Source: Lobosporangium transversale
Taxonomy: Eukaryota
DNA: 64,000 nucleotides
Assembly: GCF_002105155.1 (NCBI RefSeq)
Contig: NW_019028999.1
Span: 62,001-126,000, forward strand
Direction of reading: 5' to 3'
Below the pieces are notes generated by a model. The model worked only from the letters and a program-made list of their open reading frames with translations, was not told where the DNA came from and did not search any database. The translations under genes and the position numbers were made by a program. Below are positions 45,090 through 58,610 of the stretch, piece after piece (the first letter of the stretch is position 1; each line of letters starts with the position of its first letter).

Positions 45090-46425
45090 TGTAGCAAAAA
45101 AAAAAAGAAAAAGAAAAAAAGAACAAAAGAAAAGACAGTGAGTGTAAGTGCGTATAATTCTTCCTTCGATCATACCAGCCATGTCCCTGTTTGTTTGGAA
45201 AGCAACACTGAAAGTAATACTGAAAGCACTAATGAATGAGCCCTGTAGAAGAATTTTTTTTATCCCTGTGCCCTTGGAATGGAACAAAGTGTAATTTTTT
45301 TTTTTTTTATTTTTTATTTTTTAGTTTTTTGTGTGTGGAGGAACAAAAAGCGCACGAGCCATTTCACCGCACGGGCATAGTTGTGGACTCGTAGAGTCAT
45401 TTTTGCTCTTTTTCTTCTAATATCCTTGATATCTATTGACGTTTTACCCTTCTTTTTATTAATGCTACTTCTTCCTGCCATTGTTTTCCTTTCCTTGCCT
45501 AGTGGCGACATTGATATGAGGACAAACTCTATGTTAGCTGAGCAGATTGAGGATATGGATGCGGATACGGGTGTTGATTACATAGGGATAAAGTTGGCAA
45601 AAAGGATTGAGAAGAACTGAGTTACAGGGGCAGTAGAATTCGAAGTCGAGGTGAATGAAGTAAGAGGAAGAGGAAAATGAAAAGCATGGCCAAATTTACC
45701 GAATAAGAGTGATGGAGAGGATAGGTATGGCAATGAGTCCAAGGGGGTGACATTCTAGGTCATTATAGTAAGGCCCTGCATCTTACCATCATAGTTCTGA
45801 GAGTGTATCTGGACTCGTTCGGAGGGGTTTCCATAATAAACTTGAGTATATCGTCCCTTCATATTGCTGCTGTCTTCCATGAAGGGGACCGATATTGGTG
45901 GCAGAGATTGATGCGAATGTAATTTATCCATAATAATATGCCACTATGATTTTGTGAACGTGCCCAATTGTATAAATAGGTGGCGCGCTGGAGACAGCGA
46001 AGGGATTGGTAGTGAGATGTAATAAAATGGTGAAGATTTATAAGAAAGGAGGTGGGGGGTGGGGCAGCACAATTGTAGTAATGATCTATAATCAACTCTT
46101 TAGGTCTTTCAGTGTTTAATTTTTGGAATTGCAAGGAAGTGGTCACTGTGCAGATTAATTGCTCAGAGGAACCTAGAAAGGAGGCAGAAAGGAGGGGCTA
46201 GTTGCGTGGTGGCTGGTCCGAAAGTTCTCTAAGCGATAGTACTGATGTCACTGTTATTCTTGCTGCTCTTGGTGTGAAGAAGTCCCCATAGACTAAATAG
46301 TAAGCATTTCAGCCAAAAAGTAGAAGTAAGGCGTGTGGAAGCAGGGAAATAAAGTAACAAGCGATGGTAAGGGAGATGGAGGAAGTATAGACGCGAGAGT
46401 AAAGTGAAGGATAGGGAAAGACAGG

Positions 46426-46458
<33 letters not shown>

Positions 46459-48890
46459 GGGAATCAACCTGAAAAGTGAAGTTTGTCTATATTAAGGAAT
46501 GAAATCTTGCGTTGAGTGGTTGCGAAATGTGATTACATGTATTTGATGCCGTTCTCAACCATACTACAAACAATAAAAGGAGGGAAAGAGGGAGGGAGGG
46601 ACAGGGAAAATAGAAAGAAGGAAGGAAAGACAAATATTTTTACAGGGTGTAAATCGTGAACGCAGGGTAAACAAGTTAAAAACAGCAATAAGCAAGTCAT
46701 TCGCTCCAACCTTTTTGGGGAATTGTGCTCTGGGACTCATCCCCCACCTGTATTTGCTCACATGTAGTCGTCGAAAGAAGACCAATAATAATAATAATAA
46801 ATGGTAAAAGGGTATAAGGTGGCGTTTTGCTTGCTATCTCGCCCACGCATCCACAGAATTTTTAAGGGGGCGATAATATGAAAGAAAGAAAAAAAATTAC
46901 AAGGACGGTCTCTGATCAGCCTCGTTCCCTATACTTTATCGCTTTGGTTACTTTCTCCTAATACTTATTCATTATCCTCTCAAGCGAAACTGGGGAAGAG
47001 GAATATCACGAGCATGATAATGAAAGAACACTCATCAATGGAATACACAGTCTAAAATTCCTTATAATTGGTTGTTCTAGTCTATGACGCGTCCCATGCA
47101 CGCGAGCAGCAAAAGACCATGCAAGATGCTTATAATAAAATCAGGAGAAAGGAAGAAGACCACAGAATAGGTGAATTTTTAGATGTAGGGGAGAAGATTC
47201 AGCGCGATTTTCATGACCAAAATGCGGAAGAAAGAGGAGAGGATGAAAAACGGTAAGCGGGGCAATTATGAGCTTATGCACGTTAAGAGACAGATAAAAG
47301 GAATAAAAGAGACTCTGTGCAGGAAATAATTCCAATTAGACACCCAAGCAGCCGGGAGAAATAAAAATAAGGGAAGGAAACAGTGGGAAAGGGGACGACG
47401 AGACTGTGGGAGGAGGGAGAAGTTTAGAATCAATAGGAAAAAGGGGGTTGGACTTAAGGTTGGAATGGATTGCGTTTTTTTGGTAGGGTCTAATTCTGGA
47501 GGGCTTGTTTTTGCCAGGGATAAATGCAATTAACACGGAAAGGATAGATCGTCAATACTGTTCACATGGTCAAGATCGACAGCATTGTTTCCTTTGGGGG
47601 ATAAAATGGTGCATCATGTACAGAAAAGTCAAAGGTGTGCTCGGATAGTAGTTTCACAATTTGAGAATTTGTTCTTGATAGACATGATCAAGCGGTCAAG
47701 GACGAAAAAGAATGCCGCAGCTGGCACACGAATAATGAGATGCACATCAGAGGGGGGCCAAACTCTCTTATCGTAGGGCTTGTGCGTGCAATTTGTAGGA
47801 GATGTAGAGATCCAATCTAATTGATCTTAGTTAAAATCATCTAAAGGTTTTTAGGATGATATGGCGCAGCCGAAAACGCGTTCTTCCTGCGTCGATGCTG
47901 GCCTGACCGCCTTAAAAGATCTCTCTCCCGGCGAGACTAATTTAAACAGGCAGAGTTGCTCTTAAAGTATTATCAAGATGTTTTATGACAGAGGGCATTG
48001 GTTGTCAACCATTAGTCTTGATATTTTTATAGATGTTGTTAACTTTTTTTCTTTCAGTATACTTATACATCGTGATATCCCAAGGATTGCGAGGCCGTTA
48101 AGAGTAATGTACAAGTTTTAATGCTGCTTTTTTTTTTTTTTTATCTGATACGTTACATAATTTAGAATGTCCAGAGACTTGAATATGAAAATAGCTTTTT
48201 ACTGGTCACTGTTGTATCCCACAGCATTCCTTAAACTAATATACACGTAAAGTAGTTGTAGCAAGCGAATACAGTGGTATGTTGCTTCCTTTTATATTCG
48301 CTTGGACAGACTTGTAACCATCACATTCACCAGTGTGGCAAATGCTAGAAATGAATACTGAGCTAAATGATCAAGGAAGAAAAGACAGATAGAAATGAAG
48401 GAGCAATAAAGCCCAACGATTGCTTTTTTTTTTTATCCTTCCTTGTGCAACCCCTTGTACACCCTGACCATTTTTACCCCTTTGTTTCTGAACCCCCACC
48501 CCCTCCATCTTTCTGCGTCTTCCCACCGTCTTGTGTCTCCATCATGCAAATTCAAATGAACACAGAAAACGAAAATAACATTCGTTGTGGACACAATAGG
48601 GAATACATGAAGCCAGCCGTTCCCATTGTAAACATGTAAACAAAACAGTAATCGAAAAACAACTGCAACGACAACTGCAACAACATCACAAAGACAAAAA
48701 ATGAACGGGTACGTGTATTGTTATGGAAGCAAGGGTCTTTATCAGTTGGTGCGGTGCCATGAAGAAGAGTGGATGTTTTAAAGCCGTGGCATGCAGGTGG
48801 TGCTGGCTGGCTTCATTTGTTTCTTTGTCTACTTTTCCTCCTCAATGACACATGGTCTGTCTTTCTTTTGATTTATCATTCCTTCACAAT

Positions 48891-48923
<33 letters not shown>

Positions 48924-49224
48924 CATCTATCCTTTCTTCATTTTGCATCTCTCTTTCGCCTTCTTTTTCCTTCTTGTCTATTTTCCCTCTTTCCTTCCTG
49001 TAGCCCGTCGATCCTCTCGGTCCCTGGTCCCGAACTCTAAACCCTAGTGCATATCCAACACATAATCACTCGTATACTTTACAACATTTGTTGTTCCAGG
49101 ACACCCTCACTTTTAATACACAGACTTCATTTGTCCCAACCTCAAACCTGTCTTCGCCACAGAGACAATTTAATTCAATTCTCTTAGTATTTACCGGAAT
49201 ATAATCTCAGCCTCTGTAGCCACC

Positions 49225-49719
49225 ATGACCAACAGTAACACCAGCCATCACACCCAGCAACTCACCGAGGACATGACGACACTTGCAGAAGTAAGCACTA
49301 ACGAGATTGATGCAGTAGCTCAGATTTTTTTTTTTTTTTTTTTTTTTTTGGGTTTAATGAATTCCTTGTGGCGTGAGCGTGGGGGAGCATATGTGCCTGA
49401 CCAATGTGGAATTCACAATTGTTGTCGCTATTGTTATAATTGTACTAATAATTGTCATTGTTACAATAAATGGTAATCACTCTATTAACGTTGTATACAT
49501 GCCATGTCCCTTCCCATGCATGCATAACAGGAAGTAGCCATTTCAGAACAAGGAAAGCAACTTCGAGAAAACTTGGTAACTCGCGTGCAGGGTATCCTCA
49601 ATACAGAATGGCCAAAGGAAACCAAGATTGAGATCTTTGGGTGAGTGATGAGGAACTTGAAAATATCTTGATCAAACTGAGGAGAAAGGAGGATACCACA
49701 CGCGCTTTTTCACACCCTG

Positions 49720-49757
<38 letters not shown>

Positions 49758-51158
49758 TCTCCAATCCCTTTTGGCTAGAATCAAACAACGCCTTATTCAG
49801 GAGAAAAGGGATCAATGGGGAACAAAAGAGTGTGTGAAAGTGAGGGGACCAGGAGGTATTTGGAGTAAAACAGGAGACTGACTATCTCTATCTTACTGTT
49901 AAAATATACATCCGGGTTGACAATGGACAATGGACAATGGACAATTGGATCATTGCAGCTCATTCGCATCAGGACTCGCAACCGATTCCAGTGATCTTGA
50001 CTTGGTAATTCTTCCTGCTTTGCATGATCAAGGCCAGGATTTGACAACGCCTGGTCGGTTCCAGGATTTGTTTGTCTTGAAGACCCTATTCCAGCGCTGT
50101 AAGTTCACTTTCACGCCTCTCCTCCTTTCTTTCTAATCTCAAATCCCTCATTCCACACATATTTCTCATCCATATAAAAAACCTATAATATGAGTTGTTC
50201 CGACTTTTTAGCATGTGGATGCTGCCTATCATTGCATCGTGCCCCATCACCAGAAGTAGCTGGGTTTGGACAGGGCACAACCTCTTTTTTTTTTTTTTTT
50301 TTTTTTTTGAGCCCTGTGTGATGCTGTTGTGGCAAGGTGTGAAAAATAATGTGCACAAAAGAAAAAAAACGCTTACTCCACTCTTCACAACGCATTGGGA
50401 ATAATTTGTGGCTACAATAATATTTATGCATAGACAGCATGAAGGACGTTGAAGTGATTCAAGGGGCACGGGTCCCTATCCTGAAGTTTACGGATCACAA
50501 GACGGCCATCAGGGTAGATGTTAATTATGGCCAATATACCGGTCTCTATAATACTCGATTGATTGAATCCTACGTCCGAATCGATGAACGCGTCAAGACA
50601 TTCCTTTATGTCCTCAAGGCCTTCGTCAAGGCACGCGGAATCAATGAGCCAGCCTTGGGATCGCTTAGTAGTTATTGTTACATCCTTATGGCCATCTCTT
50701 ACTTTCAGACCCTTCTCATCCCTGTTCTTCCCTCTTTGCAGGACCCACACTTGATCCCCCATACTGTGCCCAATCCAGGACCCTATGGATCAATACAGAT
50801 GGTCAATGTAGCTTTCACAGACCCATCGAGAATTCGGCCATGTATTCCACGGAATAGCATGACGCTTGGAGAGTTGTTCTTGGGATTTCTGGAATATTAT
50901 GGAAGTAAATTTGAGTATACAAAGTCATGTGTGAGCATCCGGTGTGGTGGGGTTGTCCCTCGAGAGGAAGTTCCCTCTAGCTGGGCACGACACGCATTTG
51001 TGGTGGAGGATCCATTTATCCTTGACTTTAATGCCGCAGGTGCCAGGCAAGATATGATGAACGTCATCCGACATGAATTCCAAGCTGCAGTACAGGCCTT
51101 AAAGGACGGTCGTGGGTTAGGTGCGATCCTCACTACACGGCAGCCGTACAAGTTTTAA
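49225..51158 (+). CDS. Cid1/Cid13-family non-canonical RNA nucleotidyltransferase, 346 aa; exons 49225-49290, 49531-49640, 49959-50098, 50434-51158
   Basis: FGSFASGLATDSSDLDL catalytic motif, ARVPILKF, third Asp in RVDVN, NTRLI, GSLSSYCYILM, PAP-associated LGELFLGFLEYYG and VEDPF. Confidence 0.9.
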
Positions 51159-51602
51159 TAAGCAGTTCAAGGATGGAAAGCTTAGCCATATGACACGCAG
51201 CCATATGCACGCAGGCGTGTGAAATAAAAAAAAATAAAAAAAAAAAAATAAAAAGCATAGAGATTCTCCATAAGACTTCCATCCCATTGCGGATCTATAC
51301 GATTCACCAGCTTACACCTGCATCATCCAAGCTGGATCCATCACCCTCCTAGCACTACCATTAATTCAAAGCATCCAGCAGAGAAGATGATCCCCCTTTT
51401 TTTGGAATAAAAATGTTAATATCAAGCTTAAAGGAAGACAAATGTAAATGTACAGATTTTATTGCATTCATAATTCAACGTCAAAAGCCAACTTTCCTTG
51501 ATCCGTAAGCGCGCTTTGGATCTCTAACAAAACTAAACAAACCTTTTTTTTTTTTTTTTTTTTTTTATTGTCTACATTAATCTAACTCTCGCCCTATCCT
51601 CT

Positions 51603-53352
51603 TTAACTAAATGTGATCTTGTTGCCCTTGAACTCGGTGATGCCTTGGGATGCTCTTTGGGCATTAGCAAGTGCAAAACCAGGGCGTTGATGACCCTGCA
51701 GTTTCTTCGGCTTTGATCCATCACCAGGCTGACGTCTTTGACGCTTAGCTTTTTGCTCCGCATTGAATCTTCGCCTCTCTTCTTCTGCTGCTTCATCCGT
51801 TGCGTCTTTACCTGCACTGTTCTCTCCTCCATCAACATCATCTGCTGGAATCTCGCCACGAGCAATCGCTGCTGCCTTCTCCTCATCTCGCTTATGTTTC
51901 CTGTACTCTCGAGGGTTACCTCTCAAGGTGGCCTCCGCTGAAGCATATTCAATGTTTAATTTGCGGCCGTCTAAAAAGCGCTTCGCCGGGTCAGTCAATG
52001 CCGCTGAAGCTGATTCCGGAGCCATATAATCAATATAAGCAAATCTACAAAGATAAAGAGAAAATATCCAGGAATGCGCGGTTAAAAAAATAAAAATAAA
52101 AATAAAAATAAAAATAAAAATAAAAATAAAAATAAAAATAAAAATAAAAATAAAAATAAAAATAAAAATAAAAAAGTTAGAAATAGAAAATATTTATAAG
52201 GCTAAAATCTATTACATCCATGTCAGTGGTACTATGCAAGACTTACCCTTTGCATTTACCAGAGTCCTCAAAGGTAGCCAAGCGCACCTTACGAATCTCG
52301 CCACAATCTTCAAACAATTTCTGAAGACTCTCTTTTGTAGTTTGGAAAGAAAGATTGCCGATAAAGAGTGTGGGCGAGACTGCATGCTTCTGCTTCAAGG
52401 CCTTCCCTTGGAGCTCACCTTTGGAAACAGCCGGGCGTCCTTCAAAGGATTTACTAGACTTAATCAATACTTTTCGCCCCTCGAGCTCGGATTCTGACAA
52501 CTTGATCGCGTTCTCCTGAGCCTCAGCAGTCTCAAAGTCCACGTAGGCAAAACCTTTGTTACCCTTCTTATTAAATCCAGATCCTGAAGGCATGTTGACA
52601 CGAGTGATTTCAGCCCCGACATTACGGAAAAAGTGTCGTAATGCTTTCTCTGTGGTCAAGAAAGAAAGATTTCCGATCCAGATACCAAACTCTCCTTTAC
52701 GACCAGGCCCTTCCTTCTTTTTGCTTTTATCCTTCTTGTCCTTCTTTTTCTTCTTCTTGTTATCCTCGCCATCATTATCAGCATTTTCGGGTGCTTCTGC
52801 TTCATCACCGTCTTCTTCTTCACTATTATTCGCTTGAGCTTTCTTATCTTTTTTCCGTACTTTTTTCCTCTTGGACTTTGGCGGTGGTTGAGTATCTGGA
52901 TCATCTGAATCTTCTGAAGAGGATGAATCTGAGGCTGATTCTGATTCTGATTCCGATTGTGATGAAGAGTTTGTTACAGCCTTTGATTTGCTCTTTTTAT
53001 TTTTGTTTTTGTCATCGTGGTCATCTTCCTTGTCACTATCATCATCCGAACTCGAATCCGAACTCCTCTTACGCTTTTTGTTTTCCTTTTTTGATGCACT
53101 GTCTTTTTTGGCTACCTTGGCTGCTTTTGCTTCAGCTTCCTTTGCCGATTTTTTAAGTTTTTTCTATTTTGAATTGAGGCAGAGAAACTTGAATAGGTAA
53201 AGTGGCCGAGGAGGTGGTTTTTTTTTTGTCTAAAGACGAGGAGACGAACTTGACAGGGGAAGCTAAAATACCTTCTCTTTCTTTTCGTCTTTTACTGCAG
53301 GCGCATTGCTATGCCATGTCAAGAAATCGTAAGGTTCATCAGTTGCATCCAT
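51603..53352 (-). CDS. Nucleolar two-RRM RNA-binding protein (Nop13-like); exons 53272-53352, 52247-53163, 51603-52044
   Basis: K/D/S-rich N-terminus; RRM1 GIWIGNLSF...NKGFAYVDF; KSSKSFEGRP; RRM2 TLFIGNLSF...KVRLATFEDSGKCKGFAYIDY; C-terminal FKGNKITF. Confidence 0.85.
52086..52175. repeat. (AAAAAT)n microsatellite, about 14 units, inside the Nop13-like intron
   Basis: Direct reading of the sequence. Confidence 0.95.
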
Positions 53353-53530
53353 AATGTCTTTAGTTTTCCTGTTTTGAAATGAGTATAGCTGCAAAAAAAA
53401 AAAAAAAAGAGCTCAAAAAAAAAAAAAAAAAAATCAACAAGGTTATGTGGCTTGGACATGTTGTGTGATCTGTTGCCACCAAAAAAAAACTACTTAGATC
53501 AAAATTTATTATACAAAATTACTATCAATT

Positions 53531-54330
53531 CTAAAAGAACACATTCTTGGCCTGAGAAATCATGGACTCTGTAGGACAATAAGGACATTTGAATCGTTGG
53601 CTACAAGGAAATAAGAGTGCCAATTAGATTACTTTTTTTTTTTTTTTTGCTATTCTAACACACAATACAAGTAGCTGCCCACTTACTTTGCATTTCCACG
53701 TCCGAGTTTCACCAAACTCTCCTTACAAATGACATGGCCACAGACCATCATCATGGGTGGATTCTCCTCTGTAGCTTGCTCCTTTGACACAGGGCAGGCA
53801 AAGATTGAATGAAATTTCGTATTGTCCGTCAAGTTGATCTCAACCTGCCAATAAAGAATCATTCCATGATACCATACGAGGAAAAAAAAAAAAAAAAAAA
53901 AAAAAAGATGTTTCAGTTAGTTGAAGACAGGATAGTACAAAGAATAAGACTATTGAACTCATTCTACGACATACTGGAAGCTCGCTCTGCTGGCTCCATT
54001 CAGTCTTCTTGGCCTTCATGATTGCCACCATCTTATTGATAGTTGGTAGGGCTTGAGTACCCACGGTTACACTATTATTTATATATAAACATAAATGAGT
54101 TAGAGAATCAAGGTATGATCGTAACAAAAGGGTAACGTAGCATACAAAATAGAAAGAAACTTACCTAACATAGAGTGGACTCTCGCAAGGCAGACCGATG
54201 AGGCTGCAAAAGTCTCGTGTGAACATATGTTGAATATCATCACTAAAGCTGGGTGTAATGAGGTCGGCATATGGTGATGTCTCAATGCGATCCATATAGG
54301 CAATACAACCCATAAGACGAAGAATCTCTA

Positions 54331-54364
<34 letters not shown>

Positions 54365-54860
54365 TAAAATAAAATAAGATAAAAAAAATAAAACTAAGTA
54401 CTAGTACATGACATTCTTATTCAGGTTCTCTCTTTTCACGAGGAAAAAGTAGCTGTTGGTTCCTTGCTTCTTACCTTGCGTATGGCGTTCTCCAAAGTAG
54501 CCAAAGTTTTTGCGCGCATATACAATAGCCTCCTGTGTTTGTTTGTTCTGCAGCAGCTGCAGGTATCTTTGACGATGCAATTTAAACTCGAGCGTACTGG
54601 GTCGTTTCTCTAACTCGCTCCTGTGACGTGTAGCCCACCTTTAATTATCAATAGAGTGATATGCTCGGATTGTAAGCAAAATGGCTACAAGACAAACAGG
54701 TTAGACCATTTAACCGGTATTCAGAGACATTCCCATAAGACTTACAGCAGTGCAGGTTCCAAATTATTCTCCTTCAATGCCGCATGGATATCAAACATTT
54801 CAACAAATTGATGACGCATCGCATCCGGTATTGTTAAACCAGCTTCCTAAAGAAAAGGAA

Positions 54861-54895
<35 letters not shown>

Positions 54896-55655
54896 TAGTA
54901 ATAACTCATATATGCAATCAGTATCAAGGTCTTCACATACTAAATGGCGAAGCTTATTCTCCATAACCACAATGGACAAAAAAAAAAAAAAAAAAAAAAA
55001 AAGCTCTGGGACCTGCCTTCGCAAATGCATCTCCGACCTCAAAATTCCCTTGTCGAATAAAGTGCATGGCTATCGTATTTCTGAGGATTTTCTCTTTATT
55101 GTCAAACGCATGAGGATTTATGGTTCCCATCATGTCCGCCACGAATTTCTAAATACATCCAAATAAATAAACATATATAAGTTTTTTATAGTCACCGTGA
55201 GAGTGGAAAAGGGGATCGGAAGCACAAGTTCTTTTTATCTTATGCACCTTGTCAATTGCTTTTGAGTATTTAGTCAATGCGCTCTGAAGCTCCTTTTGTT
55301 CTTCAGAAATGCCATTGGAGACGGTCTTGATTGCCTTGCTGAGCGTTGCCAAGGAAGCATTCACCGATTCAGGGCCTACACCATTGTTAGAACCGAGATC
55401 GATAACAAAGGAATGTCAGCTCAGTCAGCTCATAAGAGAGGGGGTGTAATTAATGAGGTAAGGAGGATGCCATATATCACTCCTCAGGTTATAAAAAAGG
55501 ACGTGAGATAGAAACATCTAACTCTCCTAGCTACCATTTTGGATTTTTTCCTTTGCCTCGTTAACGACTGCAATAAGGCGGTCCAGAGGGTCATTCGTCT
55601 CCAATGCCCGCTGCTTTTTTAAAATCTTGTCATAGTCCTTAATGAATGTCTCCAT
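53531..55655 (-). CDS. RMD5: GID/CTLH E3 ligase RING subunit Rmd5/GID2/RMND5, multi-exon
   Basis: Lis[83 protein letters not shown]...RFKCPYCP. Confidence 0.9.
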
Positions 55656-56553
55656 GGTGAAGTAGGACAAACAATGTGTGGTGGGTATTTTTGAAAGATT
55701 TGTTGGAAAAAACCAACAAGAATGCAATTACAAAAGGTGAAACCAAGAAAAGATAGTATTAATAAAGAAAAGAAAGAGAGAAACGGAGAGAGGACACAGA
55801 GGGAGTTCTTGGCTTGATGCTTGTTATTCCTTTAGATGCGAGAAGAATGAAAACAAGCAGAGGTGAATGAAGCAATGAGAATGCCATGCACGTACACAAG
55901 TTTAGGTTGGTAGAACGTTCAAAACCCGTGATCTCCCTTTTCTCCAACTATTTTATTTCCTCCTAGAACTTCGCCCACCCAAAACTTCTTACGATTGAAG
56001 ATAGTCCGTCGCAAGTGTACTTGCTCAAACTTATTTCGCAGATTGTTCAAGGAAGCACGAAGCCCCCCTCGCCCTTCTGCTCATAGTCTTGAAACCAGCT
56101 TAGCTTTGAGGGTATCATGCAAGGATTGCGGCAATAGTGAACAGGGCCATGTATCTGGGTGTTTAGTAGGTAGCTGCTTGTTTTTCCATGTATTAACAGT
56201 GTCATGGAGTGTAACCAGGAATTAACTTGGCAGGCTACCGGCTCAGCTAATGAGAAATATGATTCATTTTTCCCTTGAGGTAGCTTCCATTCTCGAGTGC
56301 TTCATAACTTCTTGCTGTTGCCTTCAAAGTACATTCCTGGAGAGAAGTAGCACTGGTATATCAATCAGCCATAATTTAAACATTTATTTATCATCAGATA
56401 TTCAGGGTAACGACGTGCTCGCGATCAGCATAGAGTATAATGCGTTGATTATGGCAATGGGCACTTTTTTTTTTTTTTTTTTTTTTTTGTTTTGTTTTTT
56501 TGTAAGAGCAGCTCGTCTTGTATTTGAAAGGAATCATTTTATTATTTACAATC

Positions 56554-57816
56554 CTAAAGGCCCCAAGTATAGGCTCCATTTGCAACCATAGTAATGCTTC
56601 CGCCAAAGTTTTCGTGCTCCATTTGTGCAACGCAGAGCCACCAGCTGGTGCGGTCTCTGTTAAACATGCCAGTGGCAGCGAGAGCGTCTTTGTCATTTAA
56701 GTCCCATACAGATACCATAGAGAACCCCCATTCCTGTGCCTCCTTCATGGCCTCTCTGAGAAGGCACTGCAGCTGATGTACTGTTTGGTATCTTAATCGG
56801 AGAATGCATATACGGCTGCTTGATGGAATATAGGTCCAGATGACAAATGCATCCAAACCCTTGTAGTGCTCGTCGATAGAGACCAAGCGCACCCCGATTC
56901 TTGTTATCGGCCGATTAATATGGTCTATATGGAGGTTCGAATAACGGGTCATCTCAAAATGTGTGCGGAATGCTTCTTCATGTGGAAGAATGGTAACAAA
57001 ATGAAGGTTTTGGCCCCGAGGCGCCTCAAGAGTGCATTTGGCCATTTCAGATCGAAGAAGTTCCACATCTTCATTAACAATCTCTCTGAGGTCAGACTCA
57101 GTAACATTATTGATCCGGTATTTTGCACCAGCAGCGGAAGCATCAACCAAAGGAAGATCAGGAAAGACATGGCTCTTCAGTTGATCCAACACCAATTCAC
57201 GCGATCGCATCATTTGCCAACCTAGATTTGCGTAGAATGTAGGTTCAATTGCTGAGAATAAGTACGAAAGATCGACGACAGGATCTGTCTGATGCTTGAG
57301 TTTATCCATAACCATCCTGAGCATTGCATTGGCAAATCCACGAGATCTATGCTCGATTGGCGTAAATACCAGAAGAACATACGCCACCGCGATTTCTTTT
57401 AATTCATGAGTGGACTCTGTCAAATGGCCGTTCTGCTGGCTAGCCAAAATATGCTGCGTATTGCTGTGTTTTAATTCCTGAGCATTGAGTTCCTTGTTTG
57501 TTGGCAGTTCACTTGTTGCTTTCGAGGTAATCTTAGAGATAAGTCCAGGTCTGAGGATGATGTGAGCAGCAGATAAAATGCTAGTGGGATCATTGCCTTT
57601 GCCCCTTGGGACAAGTACCCAAATACTATGCCCCATACCAGGTCCAAGGTCCACGTTAGTCCTAATCCTGGATTTTTCTAGCCATGCCTCATCAGATGCG
57701 TAAGGTGCGAAATGAACTTTATTGTTAATCCAAACTTGCTTGATCACATCGGGGTCTGAAGCAAGAACCAGTTCAAGTTCAGGGACTGTTGCCGTATTGG
57801 CTCTTGATGAAATCAT
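56554..57816 (-). CDS. Intronless GNAT-superfamily acetyltransferase (fungal LYC1-like), 420 aa
   Basis: Acetyl-CoA motif A VFTPIEHRSRGFANAML, LFSAIEPTFYANLGW, C-terminal AMKEAQEWGFSMVSVWD. Confidence 0.75.
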   Translation of the reverse strand: MISSRANTATVPELELVLASDPDVIKQVWINNKVHFAPYASDEAWLEKSRIRTNVDLGPGMGHSIWVLVPRGKGNDPTSILSAAHIILRPGLISKITSKATSELPTNKELNAQELKHSNTQHILASQQNGHLTESTHELKEIAVAYVLLVFTPIEHRSRGFANAMLRMVMDKLKHQTDPVVDLSYLFSAIEPTFYANLGWQMMRSRELVLDQLKSHVFPDLPLVDASAAGAKYRINNVTESDLREIVNEDVELLRSEMAKCTLEAPRGQNLHFVTILPHEEAFRTHFEMTRYSNLHIDHINRPITRIGVRLVSIDEHYKGLDAFVIWTYIPSSSRICILRLRYQTVHQLQCLLREAMKEAQEWGFSMVSVWDLNDKDALAATGMFNRDRTSWWLCVAQMEHENFGGSITMVANGAYTWGL

Positions 57817-58610
57817 ACTGATGCTAAACCAACTAGATTAAATGAATGAAATGATTCCTAAAAGATTCATGATGTCGACCAGAAATGATCTAAATACGCG
57901 TGTATCACGCATAATACATAAACAGCACTCAACAGCATACTGTATGAATATGCAAAGTAAGCATTCCTAGCGGCATGCGTCTTGGTTTACTTGCATCTAC
58001 GGCGTATTTGGTCATCGTCGATCGTTTTATCCTATCAAATCATGTATTTCTTTCCATCTTCCCCTTCGATATTTTTTTTGTTTACATTCTTCACACATTG
58101 CCGAAACTGTGTTCTGCGCGCCTTAAATCAATTAATTACCGAGATCAATAAAAGAAAACCATCGGACATTTGAGGGGAGGGGGCAAGCAAGACAAGCTCT
58201 TCTTTTTCTTCAATGGGTACGGCGGAGTAGAAGACAACGCGTTGTATTTGTTGAATATAATGGGTTACAACCATGATTTTCTTGATGTTCCCTTTCAGAT
58301 CTCATCTCCAAGGGCGCTTCTTTTTTTTTTTTTCTTTTTTTCTTTTCTTTTTCTTTTTATTTTTTTTGCAGATCCTTCCATCTGTCTTGTCTTAAAAGTA
58401 TACAAAATAAACCCAATCTACTTCTTTTTTTTTTTTTTTCTTCTATCGATCATTCTATCCAGTTTTTTTTTTTTTTTTTTTTTAGCAATTACTTTCCACA
58501 TTCATCTTACATTTCTCTCATTTCGCATTCTGATCAAAAAGGTTTAAAAAGAAGCAAAAGAAATAAAAAAAATAAAATAAAAATTAGTCGTTAGACCTAA
58601 AAAATTACTG

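Noticed and set aside
45090..45287. Upstream extension of the 1037-aa ORF
   Set aside because: It begins at a non-ATG codon and runs through a T-rich tract; probably UTR or intron
49919..49949. (GACAATG) tandem repeat of about 4 units; also (TAT)n near 49722-49757 and (AAT)n near 54861-54893
   Set aside because: Simple intronic microsatellites without spacers; not CRISPR-like
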